A DNA stretch of 64,000 nucleotides, taken from positions 306,134 through 370,133 of the forward strand of contig JBBRNP010000002.1 in the NCBI GenBank assembly GCA_038230255.1, read 5' to 3'. The notes under the pieces were generated by a model. That model worked only from the letters and a program-made list of their open reading frames with translations, was not told the origin of the DNA and searched no databases. The stretch comes from Chthoniobacterales bacterium (GTDB lineage: Bacteria; Verrucomicrobiota; Verrucomicrobiia; Chthoniobacterales; UBA10450). Position numbers and translations under genes: made by a program. Positions within the stretch are counted from its first letter, which is position 1. Each line of letters begins with the position of its first letter. Below, piece after piece: positions 38,533 through 48,531 of the stretch.

Positions 38533-39663
38533 CTAAGATTTCTTTTTCGCGACTCTTAACGTGCCTCCGCCAAGCTGCTGTGTGCGCGTCGCCGCTTTGT
38601 CCGCATCGCCGGGGCGACCGGTAAGGCGATATTCATCGACCAAATGTTGCCACGGTCGCGGCGCGTTGGGCATTAACTGCGTCGCTTTTTCAAACGCACT
38701 GATCGCTTCCCGGTGATTCCCTTTTTTCTGATAAGCGAGTCCCAGATGTTCCCAGACCGCTCCATAACTGGGATTCAAACTCGCGCCTTTACGCAAATAA
38801 CTGATTCCGCTGTCGACCTGCCCGGTCGCTTGCAGGCAAAATCCTAATTGAGATTGGACGAGATAATCTTGCGGCAACTTTTGAGCTGCGCGACGCAATG
38901 GCGGGATCGCTTCCGAGATGCGATTCAGATTGATGTAGCTGAATCCGATCGCGGCAAACATGTCGCCGCTATCGGGAGCGAGTTCGGCAGCGTGCTCCAG
39001 TGCAGTGAGGGTTTGTTGTGGATGACGTGAAACGCTTTCCGCGCGCGCCAACTGCAACCAGGTATATACCCAACTGGGTTCTACTGCGGTGCCGCGCTTT
39101 GCCAGTTCGACACTCTGTTGCAGATGACCAAGACGGATTTCGCACATGCTGGCCAGCAACCAACCGACAGCCCAAGTGGGTTCCAGTCTTCCGCTTTGCT
39201 CCAGCGGAGCGACTGCCGCAGCGTAATGGTTCTGAAGCATTTCGCTCAAGCCAAGGACGAGATGAACGATGCCATGGTTTGATTCAGCCGCGATGGAATT
39301 GCGAAATGCTGCGCTTGCTTCCGTTAGTTGGTTCGTATCAAACGCGAACGCGCCGCGAAGAAATTGTGCATACGCACTCTTGGGATTTTTCTGGACAAGC
39401 TCCCGTGCCATTTGCAGCGCGTGGGTGTAATCACCAGCATCGCTAGCCGCAAGAATTCGTTTGGTCAGGGGATCATTCAACGCCGCGTCATTTTGCTTGA
39501 TTGCCTGCTCGACCCGGGGCCTCACCAACTTTTCCGGCGTCGGCAGTTTGCTCAGCAGTCGATCGATCGAAGGATCCTGGGCCTGAACTTCAAGGCTCAG
39601 GATTAAAACGGCAAAGAGTCCAATGACCCAGCCAGTGAGAAGGTAGGGGGATCGCGATTTCAT
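38533..39663 (-). CDS. TPR repeat protein, secreted or membrane-anchored
   Basis: N-terminal TM/signal segment and multiple TPR units. The start could instead be TTG at 39690. Confidence 0.7.
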   Translation of the reverse strand: MKSRSPYLLTGWVIGLFAVLILSLEVQAQDPSIDRLLSKLPTPEKLVRPRVEQAIKQNDAALNDPLTKRILAASDAGDYTHALQMARELVQKNPKSAYAQFLRGAFAFDTNQLTEASAAFRNSIAAESNHGIVHLVLGLSEMLQNHYAAAVAPLEQSGRLEPTWAVGWLLASMCEIRLGHLQQSVELAKRGTAVEPSWVYTWLQLARAESVSRHPQQTLTALEHAAELAPDSGDMFAAIGFSYINLNRISEAIPPLRRAAQKLPQDYLVQSQLGFCLQATGQVDSGISYLRKGASLNPSYGAVWEHLGLAYQKKGNHREAISAFEKATQLMPNAPRPWQHLVDEYRLTGRPGDADKAATRTQQLGGGTLRVAKKKS

Positions 39664-39757
39664 CTTCAAAAAATAGAACAATCGAAGCAAGAAAGGCTAC
39701 GCCGAAGTTCACTCCCCCGAACCTTGCCGATCATCAGCCCACCTGCTAGAGAGTGAC

Positions 39758-40618
39758 ATGTCCTCCAGAAACGTGATTAGAATCGCTGTCTTCATCATTG
39801 GTCTATATTCGTCATCGGCTCCGGCTTTGGCCGCCAGTTGCGTGTGGAAAGTCACCGCCAGTGACGGGCATTCTCTTTACCTCGGAGGCTCGTTTCACGC
39901 CCTTCGGCCGAGCGATTATCCTCTTCCACGCGAATACAACCGCGCGTTCGACGCATCGTCACGACTCGCTTTCGAAGACGACCCCAAAGCGGCTGACGCC
40001 GCTTTCAAGGCATTAATGAAAGCGGGCGAGTACCCGAAAGGCGATAGTTTGAAGAATCACGTGGATCCTCGCACTTACGCTTATCTTCGCCGGTTCTTCT
40101 CAGTCGTTAATGTGCCGGAAGAAAAGTTTTCGCGATATCGTCCCTGGCTTCTTGATATCATCCTGAGTGCACCGCCGCCTGAGTACTACAAATTGGGCGT
40201 CGAAAGATTTTTACAGAACCGAGCTCAATCAACGTCGAAGCCGATCGCAGGGCTCGAATCAACGCGCGAGCACAACGGCGTCTTTACCGGTCTTACTGAT
40301 AGACAGGCGGAAGCGTTGCTATTGACGCTTTTTATCAATGCCGGCCGGGAAGAGAGCAAGACGGTCAACATGTTCGCAGCGTGGCGCCGCGGCGATTCGG
40401 AATTGCTTGCGCGCAAAACGCGCGAATCGTTCGGCGATTTTCCATACATGGCCGAACGATTGCTCGACGCGCGGAATCGCAATTGGATTCCAAAAATCGA
40501 AAATTACCTTCAGAGCGGCCAAACTTACTTTGTTGTCGTGGGCGCGGCGCACATGGGCGGATCGAATGGCCTCGTCTCCTTGCTGAAGCAGCGTGGATAC
40601 AAAGTGGAGCAACTTTGA
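39758..40618 (+). CDS. TraB/GumN family protein
   Basis: Signal peptide, LYLGGSFHAL motif and C-terminal YFVVVGAAHMGG. Confidence 0.75.
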   Translation: MSSRNVIRIAVFIIGLYSSSAPALAASCVWKVTASDGHSLYLGGSFHALRPSDYPLPREYNRAFDASSRLAFEDDPKAADAAFKALMKAGEYPKGDSLKNHVDPRTYAYLRRFFSVVNVPEEKFSRYRPWLLDIILSAPPPEYYKLGVERFLQNRAQSTSKPIAGLESTREHNGVFTGLTDRQAEALLLTLFINAGREESKTVNMFAAWRRGDSELLARKTRESFGDFPYMAERLLDARNRNWIPKIENYLQSGQTYFVVVGAAHMGGSNGLVSLLKQRGYKVEQL

Positions 40619-40701
40619 TACGGCAAGTGTGGTCGGCCTGCTAAAAGGCGATTCGAAGTTTTTCCTTTCGTAAATTCTCAGACGTTGTTCTTTGTTCGCC
40701 G

Positions 40702-42324
40702 ATGGCTGAGCCTCAGCGAGTAAGTACCCGCGCGACCGGTATCGTCGGTATCGCGATTCTGTGCAGCCGTGTGCTCGGCCTGATTCGCGAAGTCGTTTTT
40801 GCCGCGCTTTTCGGAGCGGGAAGGAATCTGGACGCGTTTTTAATGGCGTTCCGGGTGCCAAACATGTTGCGCGATCTTTTCGCGGAGGGCGCGCTTTCGA
40901 CCGCTTTCATCACGACGTTCTCAAAAAAGATCGCGACCGAAGGCGACGCCTCGGCCTGGCGACTGGCAAGCAAAGTGGCGACGCTGACGGTGGTTTTCAT
41001 GAGCGCGGTTACGTTGCTCGGAATCTTGTTTGCGCCGCAACTGATTCAACTGATGACGTGGGGAAGCTGGTCGCCAGAAAAAACCGCCATCACCATTTTG
41101 CTCACGCGCATCATGTGGCCCTTCATTCTGTTGGTGTCGTTGGCCGCGCTCGTCATGGGAATGCTGAACGCCAAGCATGTTTTCGGTATGCCGGCAATGG
41201 CTTCCAGTTTCTTCAACCTTGGTTCAATCGTCGGCGGTGTTGCGCTTTGTTATTGGTTCGACCCACAAATCGATTGGCGCCATCCGCATTTTGGTGAACG
41301 CGGCCTGATCGGTTTGGCGATCGGAACTTTGATCGGCGGACTCTTGCAACTGATCGTTCAATTCCCCCCGCTTCGGCGCGTTGGATTCAAATTCCGCCCC
41401 GACTTCAACTGGCGCGATCCGGGCGTGCGAATCATTCTTGCGTTGATGGGGCCGGCCACGATCGCGGCCAGCGCTGTGCAAATCAACGTGCTGGTCAACA
41501 GTGGATTCGCGGCGCGCCTCGGTGACGGACCGGTCAGTTGGCTCAACATCGCCTTTCGCTTGATGCAATTGCCGCTCGGCATTTTCGGTGTGGCCGTCGC
41601 AACGGTTACGCTTCCTCTCATTTCGCGCAGCGCCGCGGTCGGCAATACCGCCGGCTTCCGCTCTGCCTTGGCTCATTCCATTCGACTTGTTTTACTGCTC
41701 ACGATTCCGGCGGCGATTGGTTTGATTATCCTGGCCGAGCCAATCATCCGTTTGATTTACGAACATGGCCGCTTCACACCCGCCGCAACCGAGCAAACTG
41801 CGGTGGCGCTTCGCTTTTATGCCATTGGCCTAGCCGGATATTCTGCCGACAAAGTTCTCGCGCCGGCGTTTTACGCGCTCGACCGGCGCTACATCCCGAT
41901 GTTCGTGACGATGACTTCAATTGCCATTAATTTTTGTCTCAACTGGTTTTTCACTTTCTATCTCAACTGGGGGCACCGCGGGCTCGCTTTTTCTACGAGC
42001 ATGGTCGCGATCACGAATTTTCTTTTACTCTATTCGATGATGCGCCATTACACCGGCCGGCTCGAGACCGGTACGATGCTGCTCACGGTCGGGAAACTAT
42101 TAATCGCGGGCGCGGTGCTCGCCGGGATTTGCTGGCTGGCCTGGAGGTCCTTTTTCGCAACGCACGCACACGTTTCTGTCTGGCAGAATGCGATTGCGAT
42201 CGTGATTACTATCGTGGTCGGCGCGGCGGCGTTCTTTAGCGCGGCCTACTTGCTGCGTGTCGCCGAAGTACAAGACGTTGTCGATCTCGTCCGGCGGAAG
42301 TTCGCGTCGGCGAAGTTATCCTAA
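40702..42324 (+). CDS. murJ: Lipid II flippase MurJ (MviN)
   Basis: About 14 TM helices. The N-terminal SRVLGLIREVVFAALFGAG...DAF motif is typical of MurJ. Confidence 0.9.
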   Translation: MAEPQRVSTRATGIVGIAILCSRVLGLIREVVFAALFGAGRNLDAFLMAFRVPNMLRDLFAEGALSTAFITTFSKKIATEGDASAWRLASKVATLTVVFMSAVTLLGILFAPQLIQLMTWGSWSPEKTAITILLTRIMWPFILLVSLAALVMGMLNAKHVFGMPAMASSFFNLGSIVGGVALCYWFDPQIDWRHPHFGERGLIGLAIGTLIGGLLQLIVQFPPLRRVGFKFRPDFNWRDPGVRIILALMGPATIAASAVQINVLVNSGFAARLGDGPVSWLNIAFRLMQLPLGIFGVAVATVTLPLISRSAAVGNTAGFRSALAHSIRLVLLLTIPAAIGLIILAEPIIRLIYEHGRFTPAATEQTAVALRFYAIGLAGYSADKVLAPAFYALDRRYIPMFVTMTSIAINFCLNWFFTFYLNWGHRGLAFSTSMVAITNFLLLYSMMRHYTGRLETGTMLLTVGKLLIAGAVLAGICWLAWRSFFATHAHVSVWQNAIAIVITIVVGAAAFFSAAYLLRVAEVQDVVDLVRRKFASAKLS

Positions 42325-43437
42325 CGCTTGATTTAGATCCTCAATCAAGTCGTCGGCATGCTCCAGGCCGATCGATAATCGAATTAAACCTTCCGGCGAT
42401 GTCGTGCCTGGACCTTCGATCGACGCGCGATGTTCGATTAAGCTTTCGACGCCGCCCAGGCTGGTCGCACGAGTAAAAATCTTCGTGTTGGTCGTTACTT
42501 TCATTGCCGGTTCGCGGCCACCTTTCACTTCCAACGAAAGCATCCCGCCGAACATCGACATCTGTTTCTGCGCGATTTTGTGGCCCGGATGCGACGGTAA
42601 GCCGGGGTAATGGACGCGCTCGACGTTGCGGTGACCGGCGAGAAATTCTGCCACCTTGGCCGCGTTTCCCGAATGCGCGCGCATTCGCCACGGCAGGGTG
42701 CGCATTCCGCGGAGGATCAACCAGCAGTCGAAGGGCGAAGGGACCGCGCCGCCCTCATATTGAATGTTCCGAATGCTCTGAAAAAGATCGCTATCGCTTT
42801 TCGCGACCACGATTCCGCCGAGAACGTCGCAATGGCCGCCAAAGTATTTCGTCGTGGAGTGAAGAATGAAATCGGCGCCGAGATCGAAAGGCCGCTGAAG
42901 AATGGGCGCCCAGGTATTGTCGCAAACACAAAGGGCGCCGGCCTCGTGCACAATTTTTGAAATCTCGGCAAGATCGACAATTTTGAGCAACGGATTGGAG
43001 GGCGTTTCCATCCAGGCGATCTTGGTTTTTGGCCGGAGCGCTTTCTTGACCGCGGCCAGGTCGCTCATGTCGACGAAATCGGCTTCAAGTCCCCAGCGCA
43101 GGAAAATTTCACGAAGCAATCGAGACGTGCCGTAGTAGGCGTCGACGTGGGCAAGGACATGATCGCCGGGCGCGAGTGCTTGAAAGATTGCTCCAGTGGC
43201 GCCGGTTCCGGAGGCGAACGCGGCTGCAGCTGCAGCCAGGCCGCCTTCGAGCGCGCTGACTCCTTCTTCGAGCGCCTGTCGATTCGGATTGTTGTTGCGG
43301 GTGTACATGAATCCGCGCGAGTAGGTGCCTTCCAAATCGCGCTCGAAAGTTGTGGAAAGATGAATGGGCGCTGAGACTGCGCCGGTGGCGGGGTCAATCC
43401 GATGGGCGGCATGCACGGCGAGGGTTTCAATTTTCAT
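42316..43437 (-). CDS. Cys/Met metabolism PLP-dependent enzyme (cystathionine gamma-synthase / lyase family)
   Basis: STTKYFGGH lysine motif and overall MetB/MetC-like sequence. I chose the start at MKIETLAVHA. Its 3' end overlaps the convergent murJ by 9 nt. Confidence 0.85.
   Translation of the reverse strand: MKIETLAVHAAHRIDPATGAVSAPIHLSTTFERDLEGTYSRGFMYTRNNNPNRQALEEGVSALEGGLAAAAAAFASGTGATGAIFQALAPGDHVLAHVDAYYGTSRLLREIFLRWGLEADFVDMSDLAAVKKALRPKTKIAWMETPSNPLLKIVDLAEISKIVHEAGALCVCDNTWAPILQRPFDLGADFILHSTTKYFGGHCDVLGGIVVAKSDSDLFQSIRNIQYEGGAVPSPFDCWLILRGMRTLPWRMRAHSGNAAKVAEFLAGHRNVERVHYPGLPSHPGHKIAQKQMSMFGGMLSLEVKGGREPAMKVTTNTKIFTRATSLGGVESLIEHRASIEGPGTTSPEGLIRLSIGLEHADDLIEDLNQALG
42970..42981 (-). 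repeat. Iterated word copy ATTGTCGATCTT
   Basis: Exact 12-mer on the minus strand. Inside the metB-like gene, sense, read as I-V-D-L. Confidence 0.9.
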
Positions 43438-43468
43438 TGTCGCCCGAGACGTTACGAATGCGCTAACG

Positions 43469-43480
43469 ATTGTCGATCTT
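43469..43480 (+). repeat. Iterated word copy ATTGTCGATCTT (5' region)
   Basis: Exact 12-mer in the divergent region between the metB-like gene (start 43437) and gdhA (43563). Confidence 0.9.
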
Positions 43481-43562
43481 GCGCCGCTTTGCATTTGACG
43501 CGACAATTTTCCAGAGCAAATAGCATCTGCACTTTTCCGGCGGATACACCGCCTCTCGGTTC

Positions 43563-44825
43563 ATGACGATTTACGACGACGAAGTTTTTAAAATGGCCTG
43601 CGACCAGTTCCAGGTCATTGCCGATTATCTCAGCATCGATAAGAACGATCGCGAACGGTTGATGTATCCGAAGCGCGCGATCGCCGTCACGTTACCAGTG
43701 CACATGGACGATGGCAGCACGCGAACATTTCAGGGTTACCGTGTCCAACATCACCTCACACTTGGACCTACCAAGGGAGGGACACGCTTCGCCCCGTCAT
43801 TGTCGATGGGCGAAACAGCCGCGCTCGCGATGTGGATGAGCTGGAAATGCGCGTTGGCGAATTTGCCTTACGGCGGCGCCAAAGGCGGCATCGCTTGCGA
43901 TCCATCCAAGTTGTCGCGCGGCGAACTCGAGGCCGTCTCGCGTCGTTACATGCAGGAAATGATTCCGTTCGTCGGCCCGCACACCGATGTGATGGGCCCT
44001 GACATGGGCACCAACGAACAGGTGATGGCCTGGTTCATGGACACGTATTCGGTTTATCACGGATATTCCGTGAACGAGATCGTCACCGGCAAACCGGTTT
44101 CGATTGGCGGCACCGAAGGCCGTCGGGAATCAACCGGTCGCGGCGTCGTCTATTTAATCGAGCGCGCGCTCGATATGTTGAAGATCGACGCGGAGAAATG
44201 CACCGCCATCGTCCAGGGCTTCGGAAACGTCGGCGCAGTCGCCGCACTTTCGCTTGCCTACAAGAGCGGCGTCAAAGTTATCGGAATTAGCGATGCTTAC
44301 GCCGCGATTTACAATCCCAAAGGAATCGACATGCAGGCGGCGGAACAACATGTTTTGAAAAAAGGAAATCTGCGCGCGTTTCACGAAGCCGATCATGTGG
44401 ACCCAAAGGATCTGCTCACCATGCCCTGCGATATCCTCGTTCCGGCAGCAGTTGATCGAGTGATTAACGGAGAGAACGCCGACAAAATAAAATGTCGGAT
44501 CCTGGCCGAAGGCGCGAACGGCCCGACCTCGCCTGAAGCCGATCTAATTTTGGAAAAACGCTGGGACGAAATTTTTGTCATCCCCGATATCCTGTGCAAC
44601 GCCGGCGGGGTCATCGTTTCCTATTTTGAATGGGTCCAGGGTCTGCAGGCATTCATGTGGTCCGAAACCGAAGTGACCGATAAGCTTTTCCGGATTCTGG
44701 AACATTCGTTTACCCAAGTGATCAAACGCGCCAAAGCACACAAGATTTCTCACCGAACGGCTGCAATGGCGATCGGTGTCGAACGGGTGATGAAGGCGAA
44801 AAAAATGCGCGGCCTCTTCCCATGA
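43563..44825 (+). CDS. gdhA: Glutamate dehydrogenase (Glu/Leu/Phe/Val dehydrogenase family)
   Basis: GPTKGGTRF active-site region and GFGNVG Rossmann motif. 420 aa. Confidence 0.95.
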   Translation: MTIYDDEVFKMACDQFQVIADYLSIDKNDRERLMYPKRAIAVTLPVHMDDGSTRTFQGYRVQHHLTLGPTKGGTRFAPSLSMGETAALAMWMSWKCALANLPYGGAKGGIACDPSKLSRGELEAVSRRYMQEMIPFVGPHTDVMGPDMGTNEQVMAWFMDTYSVYHGYSVNEIVTGKPVSIGGTEGRRESTGRGVVYLIERALDMLKIDAEKCTAIVQGFGNVGAVAALSLAYKSGVKVIGISDAYAAIYNPKGIDMQAAEQHVLKKGNLRAFHEADHVDPKDLLTMPCDILVPAAVDRVINGENADKIKCRILAEGANGPTSPEADLILEKRWDEIFVIPDILCNAGGVIVSYFEWVQGLQAFMWSETEVTDKLFRILEHSFTQVIKRAKAHKISHRTAAMAIGVERVMKAKKMRGLFP

Positions 44826-44881
44826 GGCGTGATTATCTGGCGGATTGACGCCGCACAAAATTCTGCGCTGAATTGATTTCC

Positions 44882-45793
44882 ATGGCTGCGGCATCTCTGC
44901 GGGCTCTTCTCAACCGCTCGATTGATTATGCGGGGATGTTTCCGCCGTGCAGTCTGGAGCTCGGACCGTCGCTCAAGAACCAGGCGGAGTATGTACGCAC
45001 AAATGATTCCTGGATGCTGTCGACGTTTGTCTTGCCAGTCGCGAAATTTGCCGACGCGGCAGAGTCGATTTCGCAATTCGACAAGCACCATCCATTGCGC
45101 GTTTACGCTTTGGGCGCGAAGACCGAAAATGCCAAAGATTTTTTCAACGAGCTGAAGAATGCGGTCGAAGTAATCCGTTCGTTTCAAAAACAGCATCTCG
45201 ATCGTGTCTCCGTCGTTCAGCTCGAAATGCTTGCTCCGGCGGATGTCGATCTTGCAAAACTGAACGAGGTGGTCGGTTTGATTGGTGATTTGAAGCTGCA
45301 AACATTCTGGGAAACCCCGGCCGAATCGGCGGAGCAAACGATCGCTATGCTCGCGCGAGCGAAACAACCGGCATTTGGTTACAAACTGCGAACGGGCGGG
45401 GTGACGGTGGATGCCTTTCCCAACTCGGTGCAGATCACGCGGGCCATCCTTGCATCAACCAAACACCATGTTCCAATCAAGTTCACCGCGGGATTGCATC
45501 ATCCTGTTCGGAAATTTCGCGATGAAGTGAAAACCGAGATGCACGGATTTTTGAATGTGCTCGGGGCCGGTGTTCTTTCGGCTGAGCATCATTGGGACGA
45601 AGCTCAAACCATTGAGATGCTCGAGGACCAACGCGCTGATTCATTCGAATTTCACGATACCGTCTTTGCCTGGCGCGATTGGGAAATCACTCTCGACCGG
45701 ATTAAAGCGCGCCGAAAATTCGTGACTTCGTTCGGGAGCTGCAGTTTCGACGAGCCGCGCGAGGATTTGCGCGCATCGGATCTTCTTTCTTGA
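44882..45793 (+). CDS. Conserved hypothetical protein, translationally coupled to fumarylacetoacetase
   Basis: Clean ORF of about 303 aa (YKLRTGG..., FTAGLHHPVR). Its stop overlaps the FAH start (ATGA). I recognise no family. Confidence 0.6.
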   Translation: MAAASLRALLNRSIDYAGMFPPCSLELGPSLKNQAEYVRTNDSWMLSTFVLPVAKFADAAESISQFDKHHPLRVYALGAKTENAKDFFNELKNAVEVIRSFQKQHLDRVSVVQLEMLAPADVDLAKLNEVVGLIGDLKLQTFWETPAESAEQTIAMLARAKQPAFGYKLRTGGVTVDAFPNSVQITRAILASTKHHVPIKFTAGLHHPVRKFRDEVKTEMHGFLNVLGAGVLSAEHHWDEAQTIEMLEDQRADSFEFHDTVFAWRDWEITLDRIKARRKFVTSFGSCSFDEPREDLRASDLLS

Positions 45794-47046
45794 TGGCGCT
45801 CAAATCCTTCATCGACGTTCCAGGCGATTCGCATTTTCCGCTGGAGAATCTTCCGTTCGGCGTTTTCAAACCACGCGACGGCGCAGCGCGGGTCGGCGTC
45901 GCGCTCGGTGAGTACGTCGTCGATCTTTCCGTCCTGGAAGAAGCGGGACAATTCCGCGATCTACAAAGCCGAGAATTATTTTCACAGGATTCTTTGAATG
46001 GATTTCTCGCACTCGGTCGTCCGGCGTGGCGCAAAGTGCGCGAGATTCTGCAAAGAGTCCTTTCGACGGAGACGCCGACGTTGCGTGACGACAAGAAATT
46101 GCGCGAGCGCGTGTTCCATCGGCAGGCCGATGTTGTGATGCAGTTACCGGTCAAAATCGGCAACTACACTGATTTTTATTCTTCCTATCACCACGCGCAC
46201 AATGTCGGCACGATGTTGCGCGGGCCGGAGAATGCGCTGATGCCCAATTGGAAATGGTTGCCGGTGGCGTATCACGGCCGTGCCAGTTCAATAGTTGTGA
46301 GTGGAGCAGAGGTGCGGCGGCCACAAGGGCAAATCAAGCCACCCGATACAGCGACGCCGATCTTTGGCGCGACCAAAAGTTTGGATTACGAATTGGAGAT
46401 GGCGTTTTTGATTGGCCCGGGTAATTCGTTAGGCCAACCGGTACCGATCGATCGTGCGCCCGATCACATTTTCGGTTTGGTTCTGATGAACGACTGGAGT
46501 GCACGCGACATCCAGGCCTGGGAATATCAACCGCTCGGCCCGTTTCTGGCCAAAAACTTTTGCACCAGCATTTCGCCCTGGGTCGTAACGTTGGAAGCGT
46601 TGGAGCCATTTCGGAAGCCGTTGCCGCCGCAAAATCCCGAACCACTGTCTTACCTTCGCGCGAAGAGCGATTTCACGTTCGACATTCAACTCGAAGCGAA
46701 GTTGCAGACGTCGAAGATGAAATCGCCCCACACGATTACGCGGACGAATTTCCAAAATCTTTATTGGAGCATTTCGCAGCAACTCGCGCATCACGCCGTT
46801 GGCGGGTGCAATCTTCAACCCGGCGACTTGCTCGCGAGCGGAACGATTAGTGGCTCGGACGAACAATCTCGCGGATGCATGCTCGAGTTGACCTGGCGCG
46901 GCGCGAATCCGTTGAAATTGCCGAACGATGAGTCCCGCAAATGGCTCGAGGACGGGGACACCCTCGCGATTACGGGTTGGTGTCAGGGTGATGATTATCG
47001 CGTCGGCTTCGGTGAAGTGAGCGGACGAGTGCTTCCGGCGAGCTGA
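45790..47046 (+). CDS. Fumarylacetoacetase (FAH)
   Basis: N-terminal FPLENLPFGVF and a C-terminal FAH fold (MNDWSARDIQAWEYQPLGPF, GDLLASGTISG). 418 aa. Confidence 0.9.
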   Translation: MMALKSFIDVPGDSHFPLENLPFGVFKPRDGAARVGVALGEYVVDLSVLEEAGQFRDLQSRELFSQDSLNGFLALGRPAWRKVREILQRVLSTETPTLRDDKKLRERVFHRQADVVMQLPVKIGNYTDFYSSYHHAHNVGTMLRGPENALMPNWKWLPVAYHGRASSIVVSGAEVRRPQGQIKPPDTATPIFGATKSLDYELEMAFLIGPGNSLGQPVPIDRAPDHIFGLVLMNDWSARDIQAWEYQPLGPFLAKNFCTSISPWVVTLEALEPFRKPLPPQNPEPLSYLRAKSDFTFDIQLEAKLQTSKMKSPHTITRTNFQNLYWSISQQLAHHAVGGCNLQPGDLLASGTISGSDEQSRGCMLELTWRGANPLKLPNDESRKWLEDGDTLAITGWCQGDDYRVGFGEVSGRVLPAS

Positions 47047-47630
47047 TGTCGATCTTAGCGCGTCGACTCGCCGTTATTGTTTCATGGATCGGGCATCCGT
47101 TGGTCTTTGTCACCATCAGCGTGGGGATTGTTCTCGCGACCCAGCTCGCCTCACGCAGAGCGATGGAGTTGATCGGCGCTCTCTTTCTCGCCGTGATCGC
47201 GCCGACGGGCGTTTTGCTTTTCCTTGGCGTCCGTTCCGGTCGATGGGGCGATGCCGACGTTTCCGTCCACGAAGAGCGAAAACATTTTTATCCCATCGCA
47301 ATTCCGCTCTCCGCTCTCGGCACAATCGTAATGTGGCTGGCGAATGCGCCGCGTTACATTCTTCGCGGTGGCGTGATCACGCTCCTATTGCTGGTCGCTG
47401 CCGCGGTCACAAATCATTGGTCCAAAATTTCACTCCACACTTTGTTTGCGACTTACTGCACAATGATCCTTTTTCGGGTGAATCTGTTTTGTGGTTCGGC
47501 GGCGTTGATTCTGGCAGGACTCGTTTTCTGGTCGCGACTATTTCTTTCGCGACACACGATTTCTGAAAACATCAGCGGCGTCGCGCTCGGTGCCGTTGGC
47601 GGAATTGCCACGGCCTGGATGTCGATCTAA
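47046..47630 (+). CDS. PAP2-like integral membrane protein
   Basis: Six TM helices, with degenerate PAP2 motifs (KISLHT, SRLFLSRHTISE). The start ATG overlaps the FAH stop (TGATG). Confidence 0.5.
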   Translation: MSILARRLAVIVSWIGHPLVFVTISVGIVLATQLASRRAMELIGALFLAVIAPTGVLLFLGVRSGRWGDADVSVHEERKHFYPIAIPLSALGTIVMWLANAPRYILRGGVITLLLLVAAAVTNHWSKISLHTLFATYCTMILFRVNLFCGSAALILAGLVFWSRLFLSRHTISENISGVALGAVGGIATAWMSI

Positions 47631-47639
47631 CGATTTGTA

Positions 47640-48110
47640 ATGCAGCCGTACGCGCCGAGAGCATTTCGTTTTATTGAACTGCTAAAGGTCGGTCCAAACC
47701 GGACTGGCACGACGTGGCGGATGAAGCTTTACGGCATTGCCTGCAATGGAGAACTGCCACGCGCGTCGTTGTTGGGCGTTGCGCGCAGAATTGCTGCGGA
47801 GCAATTGGCGAAAGAAAAAGTAAACAACTACGGAGTCGGATTCATCGGCGTTCATGATGGCCGCGACGCGGCATTTGTGTTTGTCGATTTTTGGGGAAAT
47901 GAGAACGAGCTGTTTCACCGCGTGTTTCTTTCCCGCGGCAGCAACCCGGAGAAATTGGCGCCCGCGGAACCGGCAGATTCGTCGGTGTGCGTTTGGGACC
48001 TGCATTTGCAATCCTTCGAGCGCGCGGCTTGGATCAAGCACGTCCTGCGCAAACCTGATGCCCCCGATTTCGACAGCTATCTGGCCGAACATTTGTGCGA
48101 GGATGCCTGA
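47640..48110 (+). CDS. Hypothetical protein (156 aa)
   Basis: Clean ORF 9 nt after the previous gene. I recognise no family. Confidence 0.5.
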   Translation: MQPYAPRAFRFIELLKVGPNRTGTTWRMKLYGIACNGELPRASLLGVARRIAAEQLAKEKVNNYGVGFIGVHDGRDAAFVFVDFWGNENELFHRVFLSRGSNPEKLAPAEPADSSVCVWDLHLQSFERAAWIKHVLRKPDAPDFDSYLAEHLCEDA

Positions 48111-48145
48111 GTTCTGGCCCAATGAGTGCTGGAAAGGGCAAGACC

Positions 48146-48514
48146 ATGAGCGCCCGAATCCTCCACGTGGACGATGATCCCGATATTCGACTATTGATCT
48201 CGGCGTCACTGCACGAGTTTGGCTATGTCGTAGCGACGGCTGGAACGAACGCGGAAGCGTTGGAATTAGCCAGACAGTTGAAATTCGACCTCTGCATTTT
48301 GGACGTGAAGCTTCCGGATGGCAGCGGCATCGAATTGTGCCAACAGATCCAGAAACTGCAGCCGGGCGTGCCGTCGCTTTATTATTCTGCTTATGCCAGC
48401 GACGAGGAACAGGAAGCCGCGCTCTCAGTCTGTGGCGACGCTTATCTCAAGAAGCCGGTCTCGGCTGCTAAATTGGAAGAAACGATCGCGGAATTGCTGA
48501 ACGCAAAAGTCTGA
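48146..48514 (+). CDS. Stand-alone response regulator receiver domain protein
   Basis: ILHVDDDPDIR...ILDVKLPDGSG...LKKP receiver motifs. The start could instead be ATG 48122. Confidence 0.8.
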   Translation: MSARILHVDDDPDIRLLISASLHEFGYVVATAGTNAEALELARQLKFDLCILDVKLPDGSGIELCQQIQKLQPGVPSLYYSAYASDEEQEAALSVCGDAYLKKPVSAAKLEETIAELLNAKV

Positions 48515-48531
48515 CGCGGCGGGCAACGGCT

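Noticed and set aside
43438-43562. Possible SAM or other riboswitch upstream of the metB-like gene
   Set aside because: I found no SAM-I-like conserved core or terminator hairpin by eye. The spacer mainly contains one copy of the iterated 12-mer.
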